A stretch of DNA of 64,000 bases from contig OY781089.1 of the NCBI GenBank assembly GCA_963676565.1, positions 2,304,001 to 2,368,000 on the forward strand, written 5' to 3'. The notes below the pieces were generated by a model, which saw only the letters and a program-made list of their open reading frames with translations, had not been told where the DNA came from and ran no database searches. This DNA is from Halarcobacter sp. GTDB taxonomy: Bacteria > Campylobacterota > Campylobacteria > Campylobacterales > Arcobacteraceae. Within the stretch, counting starts at the first letter, position 1. Each line of letters starts with the position of its first letter. Both the position numbers and the translations under genes were made by a program. Positions 29,690-39,724 of this stretch are shown piece by piece.

Positions 29690-30976
29690 TCACCCTCTTC
29701 TAAAACTTCTATTTGAATCTCTTTTTGTAGTTTTTTTAGACTTGGTATTAGTTCTAGTTGGCTCTTTACTTGAAGGTGACCTTTTACCTTTTTTCTCACT
29801 AAGTTTTTTCTTAGTTTGAACTTTCTGTCTAGGTTGTCTATCTTTTAATGGGAAGTTTTCGTGAACTTCTCTTTTTACATTTAATTTTAAATCCCTTTCA
29901 ATTTTTGTAAAGGCATTATAATCTTCAACAGTAAGTATAGTAATAACTTCTCCAGTATTTCCTGCACGACCAGTTCTTCCAACTCTGTGAGTAAAATCAT
30001 CTGTTGTTTCAGGTAGTGTATAGTTTATTACTAAAGGAAGTTTTTCAATATCAAGTCCACGTCCAGCAATATCAGTAGCAACTAAAACTTTTACCTTCTT
30101 ATTTCTAAAATCTTTAATTGCTTGAACTCTATCTTTATATTCAATTCCACCATGCACCGTTGCAACTTTTACACCTTGTTCTTTGAAATATTGTAAAGCA
30201 GCATCAACACCATCTTTTTTATTTACAAAAAGAAGAATTTGATCATATTTAGATTCTTTTATAAGTGTGGTTACTAACTCTTTTTTCTTTTTCTTATCAA
30301 TTTTATAAGCTTTGTGAGAGATTAAACTTACAGTATCTCTTCTATCATGAACTTGAACTGTTACAGGGTCTTTTAAAAACTCTTTTGCAAGTTTTCTAAT
30401 ATTTTGAGAGATAGTTGCAGAGCACATAATAATTTGTTTATAAGGAGAGCATGAAGAGAAGATAGTTTCAATCTCTTCTAAAAAGCCTAATTCAAGCATA
30501 GTATCAGCTTCATCTAAAACTATAAAGTTTACAGAACTTAAATCTATAATCCCCTCTCTTGACAAATCAAGTAGTCTCCCAGGTGTTGCTACAACAATAT
30601 CAATTCCACCATCTAAAATTTCTGCTTGTTTAACTCTACTTGTTCCACCCATGATTTTCGTGTGTTTTACTTTTAAAAACTGTCCATAATCATTTAAAGC
30701 CTTTGAAACTTGTTCAACTAACTCTCTAGTTGGAACTACTATCAAACCTCTTAATACCCTATTTTGCAAGCTTAAATTATTGTTTATTTTTTCAAGCATA
30801 GGAAGTACATAAGCAGCTGTTTTTCCTGTTCCTGATTTAGAAGCTGCTATTACATCAATCTTTTTATTTACGATTGGTATTATTTTTTTTTGAACTTTTG
30901 TAGGATTTTTGTATCCTTTTGTCTCTATTGCTTTTAAAATAGAATCATTTAGTTTTAACTCTTTAAACCCTTGTAT
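29690..30976 (-). CDS. DEAD-box RNA helicase, extended to a probable AUA start
   Basis: DEAD, SAT, HRVGRTGR; Q motif and SGTGKT lie in frame upstream of the ORF-track start; ATA at 30976 has an AAGGA SD. Confidence 0.9.
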   Translation of the reverse strand: MQGFKELKLNDSILKAIETKGYKNPTKVQKKIIPIVNKKIDVIAASKSGTGKTAAYVLPMLEKINNNLSLQNRVLRGLIVVPTRELVEQVSKALNDYGQFLKVKHTKIMGGTSRVKQAEILDGGIDIVVATPGRLLDLSREGIIDLSSVNFIVLDEADTMLELGFLEEIETIFSSCSPYKQIIMCSATISQNIRKLAKEFLKDPVTVQVHDRRDTVSLISHKAYKIDKKKKKELVTTLIKESKYDQILLFVNKKDGVDAALQYFKEQGVKVATVHGGIEYKDRVQAIKDFRNKKVKVLVATDIAGRGLDIEKLPLVINYTLPETTDDFTHRVGRTGRAGNTGEVITILTVEDYNAFTKIERDLKLNVKREVHENFPLKDRQPRQKVQTKKKLSEKKGKRSPSSKEPTRTNTKSKKTTKRDSNRSFRRG

Positions 30977-30996
30977 AACAAATCCTTTTTATTTTG

Positions 30997-31338
30997 TTAG
31001 TAAACACTTGACATAATTTCATCGTCAAGATATTCATCTATTTTTTTGATTAAATCATCATAAGAGATATCACCATCTTTATTAAAAACAACAATCTCTT
31101 CTCCAAAATCATCTTTAATAAAATGCTCACCTTTTTTAACTTTTTTGTATAAAGATTTTATCTCACTTGGTGACTCAGCATCATTGTATAAAAACCAGTT
31201 GGCAGTTGTTTTTTCAAGTCTAATCAAACCATACGTTTGTTCATCGTCTATATAGTCTTGAATTGTTCCATTCTCAAATTTTGCACCAACAACCATATCA
31301 AATTCGTTTAAAATCATCTCCATAAATAAAGCCTTCAA
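30997..31338 (-). CDS. Hypothetical protein
   Basis: 113-aa acidic ORF filling the intergenic space. Confidence 0.65.
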   Translation of the reverse strand: MKALFMEMILNEFDMVVGAKFENGTIQDYIDDEQTYGLIRLEKTTANWFLYNDAESPSEIKSLYKKVKKGEHFIKDDFGEEIVVFNKDGDISYDDLIKKIDEYLDDEIMSSVY

Positions 31339-31499
31339 ATATTTTATAATTTCGCAATCATACCTAGATTTTCATTAAAATAATTGTAGGTCAAGGAGTA
31401 AGCTTAATCTTAACTGAAATAATTAGATTCATATTATAAATATTACTTTATTCCTATTCGTTAGAATAATAATTATAACTTAAATAAAAGGAGTCAGTT

Positions 31500-31835
31500 A
31501 TGAAACTTTATGGAGTAAGAATAGACTTTAATAACATCAAGTCATGCGGGATACTTCCAGATATGTGTTTAGATTTTGATCATAGATCTGATGAATTATC
31601 TGAAAATGAAAAACTGCTTGCATATTGGAATAATCACATAAATGATTTACTTGAAGAGACAAAAAATTTAGTTGTTATTAATGATGAAACTACATCAATG
31701 GTATATTCAGCTGATAACAATGCAATTGAGTTAATTAAAAAACATTTTAAAGAGATGCAATTAGAGACAATAGAGTATGAAAATATTAATAAATGTGACT
31801 ATTGTGTGCAACATGATTATTTGCAAAACTCATAA
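31500..31835 (+). CDS. Hypothetical protein
   Basis: AAGGAG SD, C-terminal CxxC. Confidence 0.75.
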   Translation: MKLYGVRIDFNNIKSCGILPDMCLDFDHRSDELSENEKLLAYWNNHINDLLEETKNLVVINDETTSMVYSADNNAIELIKKHFKEMQLETIEYENINKCDYCVQHDYLQNS

Positions 31836-31841
31836 AGGTTT

Positions 31842-33080
31842 TTATAAATATAAATAAATATTAAATAATACCATTAAAATATTCAACACAATAAAGGCTC
31901 TATTATAAAAAATAGAGCCAATTGATAAAAAGATATAAGATATGAAAAACCATAGTGGTGTTTCAACATCAAATACCAAAATCTTGTACTCTAAAAAATC
32001 TAAAATATAACTATCTAAAAAATTTCCGTAACCTAATATATGAGATATCAATTCAAAAGGATAAAAAATAGTAAATCCTAAAGTTATTAGAGGTGATAGA
32101 AGTTGTTCATAGGAGGTATTAAAAAAGAAAAAATGAACAATAGGATTAAAAACGAGGAAAATCCAAATATTAAATAATAGAAAACTAAATATTTTTGGTA
32201 ACTCTTTAAAATACTGAAGATATAAAAAGATATAAAATACACCAATAATTGAGAACCAAAAAGATATTGAAAATAAGAACTGAGGGAATAAAGAGATTAT
32301 TATCAAAAAAGTTAATACTAAAGTTTGAAAAGAAAGAATTTTCATGTTTGAACGAAGAAATAAAAAAGCTAAAACAAACATTATAAAGCTTCTTAACAAA
32401 GATGGTACCAAGTTGGATAAAAGTAAATATAAAAATAAAATTATAGTTGTTAATACCATTACATCAGCTCTTTTATTTCTAAAAATAAAATATCTTTTAT
32501 GAAAATAACTATAAGGAAAATAGATCAACCAATAAACTATAAAAGAGAGTATTGCCAAATGGAACCCAGATATTGCTATTAAATGGCTAATACTAAAGTT
32601 TGTATAAACCTCTCTATATTCTTTTGAAATTGGAATTGCTAAAAATAAAGCAGAGAATAATTCTTGTAATTTTTTATTGTCATGTTGTTCATTTATTTTT
32701 AAAAGAAGTTTTTCTTTTAGGGTATCATCTGAAAAAATCTCATCATGATAAAGTGATTTTGAATAAAAACCTTTTAAAAATTCATAAAAACTTATATTAG
32801 TGGTTAAAATAGCGATATTTATATTACTAAGCTTTTTTATCAAAGTGTCTTTTTCAATAGATGTATACAAAACTAGGTTCTTTTCTTGAAGTTTCAACAC
32901 ATAAAAATCTTCTTTATCATAAATATTTTGTATTTTAAAGTTTGAATAATAAACTTCTTGGGAAGTAAAATCTTTATATTTCATATACTCATGAATTATA
33001 TTAAATAAAAATACAAGTGATAAAAATAAAATTATTAAAATAAAATCTTTTTTTGAAGAGAGTACTTGTAGACTGTTCAT
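31842..33080 (-). CDS. comEC: ComEC/Rec2 competence protein
   Basis: SHLIAISGFH, PSLLRS, multiple TM helices. Confidence 0.9.
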   Translation of the reverse strand: MNSLQVLSSKKDFILIILFLSLVFLFNIIHEYMKYKDFTSQEVYYSNFKIQNIYDKEDFYVLKLQEKNLVLYTSIEKDTLIKKLSNINIAILTTNISFYEFLKGFYSKSLYHDEIFSDDTLKEKLLLKINEQHDNKKLQELFSALFLAIPISKEYREVYTNFSISHLIAISGFHLAILSFIVYWLIYFPYSYFHKRYFIFRNKRADVMVLTTIILFLYLLLSNLVPSLLRSFIMFVLAFLFLRSNMKILSFQTLVLTFLIIISLFPQFLFSISFWFSIIGVFYIFLYLQYFKELPKIFSFLLFNIWIFLVFNPIVHFFFFNTSYEQLLSPLITLGFTIFYPFELISHILGYGNFLDSYILDFLEYKILVFDVETPLWFFISYIFLSIGSIFYNRAFIVLNILMVLFNIYLYL

Positions 33081-33096
33081 AAAAAACAGTCTACAA
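33066..33096 (-). promoter_or_regulatory. 12-bp perfect hairpin enclosing the comEC start codon
   Basis: Minus strand reads TTGTAGACTGTT-TTTTATG-AACAGTCTACAA. Confidence 0.55.
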
Positions 33097-33116
33097 TAAT
33101 ATAAGTTTATAAATTA

Positions 33117-35246
33117 TTAATTAACTTTTTTCCAAATACTCATTTGAGAAAGTGTATGTTGATGTTTTCTAGCTGTTTCTCTAATAACGAAAGGTACGTC
33201 AATAGTTTCAAGTAATTCAAATTTATCTTGTAAATTCTCTTTTAGAGTATCTAAAGTTTCTACTTCCTTGTTATCTTTTAGAAAACCTCCAAGCCAGTTT
33301 TCTTTTGGTGTATAATCCTCTAACCAAGTATAAGGACTTAAAATTACTAATAAACCATCTTTATTTACCCTATTTGGAATATCATCTAAAAATTTTTGAG
33401 GATAATATAATCTATCAATTAAATTTGAACAAAAAATCAAATCATATCCAGTGTATAAATCTTTTAAATTACAAGCATCACCTTGCATAAAAGTTACTTT
33501 GTTTTTAATCTCATCAAGACCAAAACCTTTTAAAGATACAGTTTTTTCTTCAAAAAGTTCACCTTGAGTTGCTACTTTAAAAGTTAAAGAATCATATTTT
33601 TTTAGCTTTACTCCTACATTGATAAAGTTTGCTGAAAAATCAATTCCTAAAACTTCATCAAAATATTTTGCTAGTTCAAAAGTACTTCTTCCAACCGAGC
33701 ATCCTAAATCCATCGCTTTTTTAGTTTGTATATCTTTTAAATATGGTTTTAATATTTCCACACTATTTTTTGGAAAGTTTTTAACCCCAAAATACTCATC
33801 ACCATAATGAAATTCACAATACTGAGAGATTTGTTCATCTGTTTCATAAACATTGTTATTTAGTTTTGTTCTATAATCATTATCTGATTTAACATATCTA
33901 AATCCTGCATGTTGAAAAAAATGTTTTCTAAAGGCATATCTTGCACTTCTTAAAATCTCATTTCCTAAAGATATAAAAGAACCACCTTTTATTAAAGCGT
34001 GTCTATCATCAAAAGTTGGAGTAGTAAAGTCATCATATATAGGATGTGTTTTAAAGCCATCAAAAGGATATGTAGGAGTTACGCTCCATTGCCATACATT
34101 TCCAACTACATCAAAGAACTCGTCAAAATTGTATTTATCAACAGGCGTTTGATTAAAGAAATTTAATCCTAAGTTTGCTTCACCATTTTTAACCTTATCT
34201 TGAGCATTTACATAATCATTTAATCTATAAAATTCATCTTCACTTGGAAGTCTAACCTCAAAACCTAACTTTTCACTCTTATATTTACAAAATGCTTCAG
34301 CTTCATATACATTTATATCAACTGGATAGTTTAAAGGAAGAGGTACAATTCTATTTATCTCTCTTAAAAAATATTCTCCATCTTGTTTTAACCAAAATGT
34401 TGGCATTTTAGCTTGCTTGAAATCTAACCATTTTATACCATCTTCACTAAAGTAATGAAGTTTTGAATATCCTCCATCTTTAACAAACTCCAAAAATTCT
34501 CCATTTGAAACAAGATATTTACTTGCTTTAAAATCTTTTATATATGCTTTATGAAAGGCAAACTCATTATCCCATCCATAAAAAACTGGATTTTCGTAAT
34601 CTTTTTCCAAGAAAACTTCTCCACCTTTTACATCAATAAGTTCATTTTGTGGATATTTTTCAGAGAATTCATTACAGTATTGAAAAGTTTCATCTTTAAT
34701 TAGATATTTAATATCTAATTCCCTTAAAAGTACAGAAGATGTTTCAATATGGATATTTTCATGTTCAATTCCCATAAGAATAATCCACATAGGAGATTCC
34801 CAATTAATTGGAATAGTAAACTCAATGGTATCAATTATTTCCAAAACCAATGCCTTTACTTCATCTCTATATTGTTTTACCTCTTCATATGTTGGCCATT
34901 CATAGTTTTCACTATTTAAATCATCCCAACTCATCTCATCAACGCCAATAGCAAAAATAGATTCAAATTTTTTATTAATTCTTTTTGTTGTGATATTTGA
35001 GATATTTAATTTATTCATAAAAAAAGTAGCAGTATGCCCATAATAAAAAATAAGAGGTTGTCTTAATTTATTTGGTTGTTTATGAAAATATTTTTTGTCT
35101 TCAAGTAACTCGAATAGTTTTTCGTCTAATTCATATGTTTGAAGAAAGTAATTTCTAATCTCAGCTCTCTTTTCTTCAACAGTGCCCTCATCTAATCTAA
35201 TTGTGTCTTTTCTATAACTTCCCATGCTTTCTTTTCTATAATTCAT
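33117..35246 (-). CDS. ovoA: 5-histidylcysteine sulfoxide synthase / methyltransferase (ovothiol biosynthesis)
   Basis: GVDEMSWDD, HxxxHxE (HENIHIE), FGE-like domain, C-terminal SAM MTase DLGCSVGR...RETARK. Confidence 0.92.
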   Translation of the reverse strand: MNYRKESMGSYRKDTIRLDEGTVEEKRAEIRNYFLQTYELDEKLFELLEDKKYFHKQPNKLRQPLIFYYGHTATFFMNKLNISNITTKRINKKFESIFAIGVDEMSWDDLNSENYEWPTYEEVKQYRDEVKALVLEIIDTIEFTIPINWESPMWIILMGIEHENIHIETSSVLLRELDIKYLIKDETFQYCNEFSEKYPQNELIDVKGGEVFLEKDYENPVFYGWDNEFAFHKAYIKDFKASKYLVSNGEFLEFVKDGGYSKLHYFSEDGIKWLDFKQAKMPTFWLKQDGEYFLREINRIVPLPLNYPVDINVYEAEAFCKYKSEKLGFEVRLPSEDEFYRLNDYVNAQDKVKNGEANLGLNFFNQTPVDKYNFDEFFDVVGNVWQWSVTPTYPFDGFKTHPIYDDFTTPTFDDRHALIKGGSFISLGNEILRSARYAFRKHFFQHAGFRYVKSDNDYRTKLNNNVYETDEQISQYCEFHYGDEYFGVKNFPKNSVEILKPYLKDIQTKKAMDLGCSVGRSTFELAKYFDEVLGIDFSANFINVGVKLKKYDSLTFKVATQGELFEEKTVSLKGFGLDEIKNKVTFMQGDACNLKDLYTGYDLIFCSNLIDRLYYPQKFLDDIPNRVNKDGLLVILSPYTWLEDYTPKENWLGGFLKDNKEVETLDTLKENLQDKFELLETIDVPFVIRETARKHQHTLSQMSIWKKVN

Positions 35247-35316
35247 TATTACCCCTTTTTATATGAGGGTTATTTTAGTAATTTTAAATTACAACTTGTA
35301 TTCAATAAATGTTAGT

Positions 35317-37518
35317 TTATAAATTTATGTTTTCAATTTTACCTTTTTTAACAAACTTTTCAATTAAACAATCTATTTGATTTTTTTCGTAAGTATCCAC
35401 TAAATTTATATGTTTCTTTAATCTAATCATTAAATCTTTAGTTGATTTTCCCATTAACATATTAGCAATAATATTTTCACAAAGTATAATACCTAATCTT
35501 TTTATTGAATTTGTAGTATCTAAAATCTCTATTGCTTCTAGGGTGAGTTTATCAACCGTTTCTAAACACTTTTTATCATCAATAACTAAAGATTTATATA
35601 AGATATTTAATGCCTGATTATGAAGAACTACAGGCATCTCATCTCTATCTCCAACTGAAGTTTTTAATAATAAACCTATATTCCCCATATGAACTGATTT
35701 ATCTATTGTTTCAATATTTTCAAGATTTTCAAAAATAAATTTCAATCTATACGAAATAGACATATTAATAAAGGTTCCACCATACTCAAAGTCACCTAGA
35801 TTTGGTATCGCTAGACATTTTTTGTAGTTTTTTATTGCATTTTCATAATCTTCATTCCATTCACAATAATTAGCCTTAATATTATAGTAATGCCATAACC
35901 AAATAGGTTCATTATCATAATTGTGAGAATACAATAAACTTTCTAACTCTTCTAATAGTTTTATTCCCTCTTGTTTTTTCTCTTCATCTCTTTTTGAAAC
36001 AATAATCCAAGATTTTCTTTGTAAAAATTTTACTTCTATTTCTTCTATTTTATTATCTCTTTTTTTAACAATATTTTCTGGTAAAGTTTCATATGCTTTA
36101 TTAAAATCTCCCATTCTTTCATATAATGAGCTAATATCAACAGCATATTTATTTGGGTTTATTTCAAAAAGATATTGAGAGATCAATAATGCTTGCTGGA
36201 AGTAACCATTTCTTTCAAATAAAAATTTTAAATCAGCTAAAGATTTAATTGATAATTTTCTATATATGGAATTATTTGTTAATTCAAAGTTTTCAATCTG
36301 CTGTGGATCAAACATTTCACCAGCTATATCAAACCAATAATTATCAATCAATGAGTATTGTTGTTTATTCTTTATTGCAAGAATAAGTTTTTGTAAAATT
36401 GCTATGGTTCTTTTATCATCTAAAACTATATCTTTTACATAATAATATAAAATAAGTAAAGAGATAGGATTATCAAAATACTCTAAGCACTCTTCTATAT
36501 GGTTTCTTAGATAGTAAGATAGTCTTCTTTTTTCATCTTCTAAATCTTTATTTTTTACAATATCAGAAAAATATATTTGTGCAGATTTTTCCTGCTTTAC
36601 AAATTTAAAATCATCAAAACTTCTATTTATAAAGTTTTGAAAACCTGAAATTAAAATATTTGAATCATTTTTAGTATCAAAAAAGTTTCTACCACAATAT
36701 TCAAATAACTCTAAAGAGATAAAAGTTTTTTGACATTTACTATTTGTAATAAACTTAGTTGAGCTTAAATGCATCAAAGAATAAAGGTTTTTTTCCTTTG
36801 AAGATAACAAAAATTCAATATCAGAATCAAATTTCCCATTTTTAACATTTTCAAAAACAATCTCACTTACTCCAAGTTTTTTTAATCTATTTTCAAGAAC
36901 TTTTTTTAAATCATTTCTCACATAAAAGTTCACTTCATCAAAGTTTTTCAGTAAAGTTGGAATAATCAAACGATTCATCCAATGATTTTTTTCAAGAATA
37001 TCAACATTGTAAATATTTACTGAAGTCTTTCTGTTTAGTTCTTTTAAAGCAACTTGAAGCCTTTTTAATCTTCTTGTATCTTTATTAAACCATGATTGTA
37101 AACCATCTTTTAATTGACTGCTTTCACCTTCTAATATTGAAGGCATCATTAAAAGACCAAAAAAGAAAATCAAAACAAAAAAAAGTGAGATATAATCATC
37201 CAAGCCCATATTAAATGGTGTTTCAAATAAGATTTTTTTGAACATATCTTCATATAAAGAGGAAGAGATTAAAGCAAAAAGGATAATAATAACAGAAATA
37301 ACACTTAAAAAAAGTGTTGATATTTTTTTTCTAAACCTATAAAAAGATGATGAATTTCCACACACACTATTTAAAGAAGATTCAAAATCATCTAAACTAT
37401 CTGTATCAAAATATGTAATTTCAATGCCATTTTCATTTTTTTTGATTAGTGAATCATCTTTTGTTTTTCTACTAAATTTATTTAAATCTCCACTTATAAT
37501 AGTCGATTTACTCTTCAT
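35317..37518 (-). CDS. Membrane-anchored hypothetical protein with TPR-like C-terminus
   Basis: Two TM helices near the N-terminus; helical repeats (YERMGDFNKAY, YENAIKNYKKCL). Confidence 0.7.
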   Translation of the reverse strand: MKSKSTIISGDLNKFSRKTKDDSLIKKNENGIEITYFDTDSLDDFESSLNSVCGNSSSFYRFRKKISTLFLSVISVIIILFALISSSLYEDMFKKILFETPFNMGLDDYISLFFVLIFFFGLLMMPSILEGESSQLKDGLQSWFNKDTRRLKRLQVALKELNRKTSVNIYNVDILEKNHWMNRLIIPTLLKNFDEVNFYVRNDLKKVLENRLKKLGVSEIVFENVKNGKFDSDIEFLLSSKEKNLYSLMHLSSTKFITNSKCQKTFISLELFEYCGRNFFDTKNDSNILISGFQNFINRSFDDFKFVKQEKSAQIYFSDIVKNKDLEDEKRRLSYYLRNHIEECLEYFDNPISLLILYYYVKDIVLDDKRTIAILQKLILAIKNKQQYSLIDNYWFDIAGEMFDPQQIENFELTNNSIYRKLSIKSLADLKFLFERNGYFQQALLISQYLFEINPNKYAVDISSLYERMGDFNKAYETLPENIVKKRDNKIEEIEVKFLQRKSWIIVSKRDEEKKQEGIKLLEELESLLYSHNYDNEPIWLWHYYNIKANYCEWNEDYENAIKNYKKCLAIPNLGDFEYGGTFINMSISYRLKFIFENLENIETIDKSVHMGNIGLLLKTSVGDRDEMPVVLHNQALNILYKSLVIDDKKCLETVDKLTLEAIEILDTTNSIKRLGIILCENIIANMLMGKSTKDLMIRLKKHINLVDTYEKNQIDCLIEKFVKKGKIENINL

Positions 37519-38074
37519 CTTTTAAACCATCTTTTGCAAACTTATTTTGAATAGGATCACTAAAAATATAGTTTCCATCTTTTATTGAAAAAGGGAAATT
37601 TGAATATGATTTTATAAATTCCTCTTTAAACTCTTTCGAATATGGTTCTAAACCATCTTCTAAAAGTTTAATATACTTTTTAGGGATAAAAGCTTTTTGA
37701 TTTGAACTGTGCGCTACTTTTTCAGGGTTTGTAGTCATAAAAGTAAAAATCTTTTCATCTGTTTTAAAACCTTTTATAGAATCGATTTCTATACATGAAT
37801 AATTCTTTTCTCTAAGCTTTAAAAACTCAAACTCTTCATCTGTAATTTTAAGTAAAACACCATTAGTTGACTCATTTGTATCTTTTTCTAAGTTTAAAAA
37901 AACTGCATCAGTAATCTTTTCTTCACCTTCAAAAATCACATGTTCAATGGAGTTCCAAACCTTTTTAAAACCCTTTACTTCAACTGTAATAAAATCACTA
38001 TTTCTAAGTTTTCTTTTAAAAGATTTTTGAGCACTATTTATGTTTACTAAAGAACCAAAACCAAAGATATACAT
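37508..38074 (-). CDS. Gamma-glutamylcyclotransferase family protein
   Basis: YIFGFGSL N-terminus, L..RE..Y. Confidence 0.8.
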   Translation of the reverse strand: MYIFGFGSLVNINSAQKSFKRKLRNSDFITVEVKGFKKVWNSIEHVIFEGEEKITDAVFLNLEKDTNESTNGVLLKITDEEFEFLKLREKNYSCIEIDSIKGFKTDEKIFTFMTTNPEKVAHSSNQKAFIPKKYIKLLEDGLEPYSKEFKEEFIKSYSNFPFSIKDGNYIFSDPIQNKFAKDGLKDEE

Positions 38075-38554
38075 TTAAACAATTTTTTCTTTTGAAAGGA
38101 TAATTCCATCTGTGTCAGCATAGATATAATCACCATCATTAAACTGTACACCACAAAAAGATAATTCAATATTTCTTTGACCTTCAGTTACAGGTATATA
38201 TTTTCTTGGACAAGTCCCTCTAGCAAATAGAGCAACAGGAATATCTTTTATCTGAAAAGTGTCTCTAATATATCCATTTACAATTATCCCTTCAAAATTA
38301 TTCTGATGGGCAAACTTCATCAAGTTATCACCTACAACAGCATAATATTCCTCTTCAACATCAACAACAACAATTTTTCCTGTTCCATCTTCATCTCTTA
38401 GTAATTTAACCAATTCACTGTTATTTCTATCAAGCTTTAGAGTTACTACTGTTCCACAAATTTTATCTTTTGCACCATAGTTTTTAAATTCATTGTCTAA
38501 AACATGAACTTTATCTGCATGTTCATCACAAATATCAGCTGTAAAAAATTCCAT
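38075..38554 (-). CDS. rraA: RraA family protein (RNase E regulator / HMG aldolase)
   Basis: TADICD, AVVGD, GYIRD, GDYIYADTDG. Confidence 0.9.
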   Translation of the reverse strand: MEFFTADICDEHADKVHVLDNEFKNYGAKDKICGTVVTLKLDRNNSELVKLLRDEDGTGKIVVVDVEEEYYAVVGDNLMKFAHQNNFEGIIVNGYIRDTFQIKDIPVALFARGTCPRKYIPVTEGQRNIELSFCGVQFNDGDYIYADTDGIILSKEKIV

Positions 38555-38663
38555 ATAATATATCCTTATTTATTTTTTAAGCTTCAATTATCTCTAAAAT
38601 GTTATTAAAATCACTTTTTCTATACAATAAACTTTTAAAATATAAAAAACAAAAGAGAGAAAG

Positions 38664-39653
38664 ATGAAAATATATTTTATTTTATTTCTAACAATATTTT
38701 TATTAGGATGTTCTAATAAAACAGTTACTATAAAATCTTTACAGCCATCACAAATTTCTAACATAAGAGTACATGATGTTATTTTAGAGGAGTTTGTAAA
38801 TGATAATATTAATCAAACAAATTATTTAGAAGAGCAAATTGTCAATAAAATAGTTGAAAATAAAAGAGTTTTTACCCTTAGACCTTCGTACAAAAATATT
38901 GATGCAATAATAACAGGTGAGGTTTTAAACTCATCTATACATTTTAGTTATTATTATGAAGATGATGTAGATTATTCTAGATGTGTTAGATTTGAATATA
39001 AAGATGGGAAAAGAACAAATAAATGTATAGAGTATAAAAAGATTAAAATCCCTTGTGAAAGAAAAGATTATTATGTACAAACAAAAATTGATGTTTTAGA
39101 TTATAATGAAACTACTCTTTTTTCTAAAATCTATAAAGGACATAGACAAAATATCGATTGTAACTATACAAGAAGATTTTTTACTCAATATTTTTTAAAT
39201 GTAGACAGAGTAAAAAACAACTCAACAGATTCTATGAATCTAGATATTGCAAAACAAATAGCAGCAAAGGCAATCAATGATATTTCACCCCACTATGAGT
39301 ATACAAAGATTGAATTCTTTTCAAAACTTCATAATGACAACTATCCAGAAATGATAAATAAAAGCTTTGAAAATATTGTAGAGTTATTAGAAAAGAACCA
39401 AACTAATATTGCTCAAGAAAAGCTTATTATTTTAAACGAGCAATTAAATTCAAACTCTTACGAGGTTTTATATAATTTGGCTTTAACTTACGAAAATCAA
39501 AGTTTATTTACAAAAGCTAGAAGATATTATTTAGAAGCAAAAGATATATGTTCAAATAGTGAGGATTTAATATTGATTAATAAAGCTATTGAAAGAGTAT
39601 CTGTAAATTCATATAATAATTCCAAAGCAAAATCTCAATTGATTAAAAACTAG
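38664..39653 (+). CDS. Lipoprotein with C-terminal TPR
   Basis: Lipobox LLGC, YNLALTYE. Confidence 0.75.
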   Translation: MKIYFILFLTIFLLGCSNKTVTIKSLQPSQISNIRVHDVILEEFVNDNINQTNYLEEQIVNKIVENKRVFTLRPSYKNIDAIITGEVLNSSIHFSYYYEDDVDYSRCVRFEYKDGKRTNKCIEYKKIKIPCERKDYYVQTKIDVLDYNETTLFSKIYKGHRQNIDCNYTRRFFTQYFLNVDRVKNNSTDSMNLDIAKQIAAKAINDISPHYEYTKIEFFSKLHNDNYPEMINKSFENIVELLEKNQTNIAQEKLIILNEQLNSNSYEVLYNLALTYENQSLFTKARRYYLEAKDICSNSEDLILINKAIERVSVNSYNNSKAKSQLIKN

Positions 39654-39724
39654 TATTAAAGTACAAAAAGTTGATACCAAGATATTACTACAAATGGTAA
39701 ACTTAAAAGAAATAAGGATTTATC

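Noticed and set aside
30883..30891. T9 tract as a frameshift explaining the short helicase ORF
   Set aside because: Manual translation shows the frame is continuous through the tract
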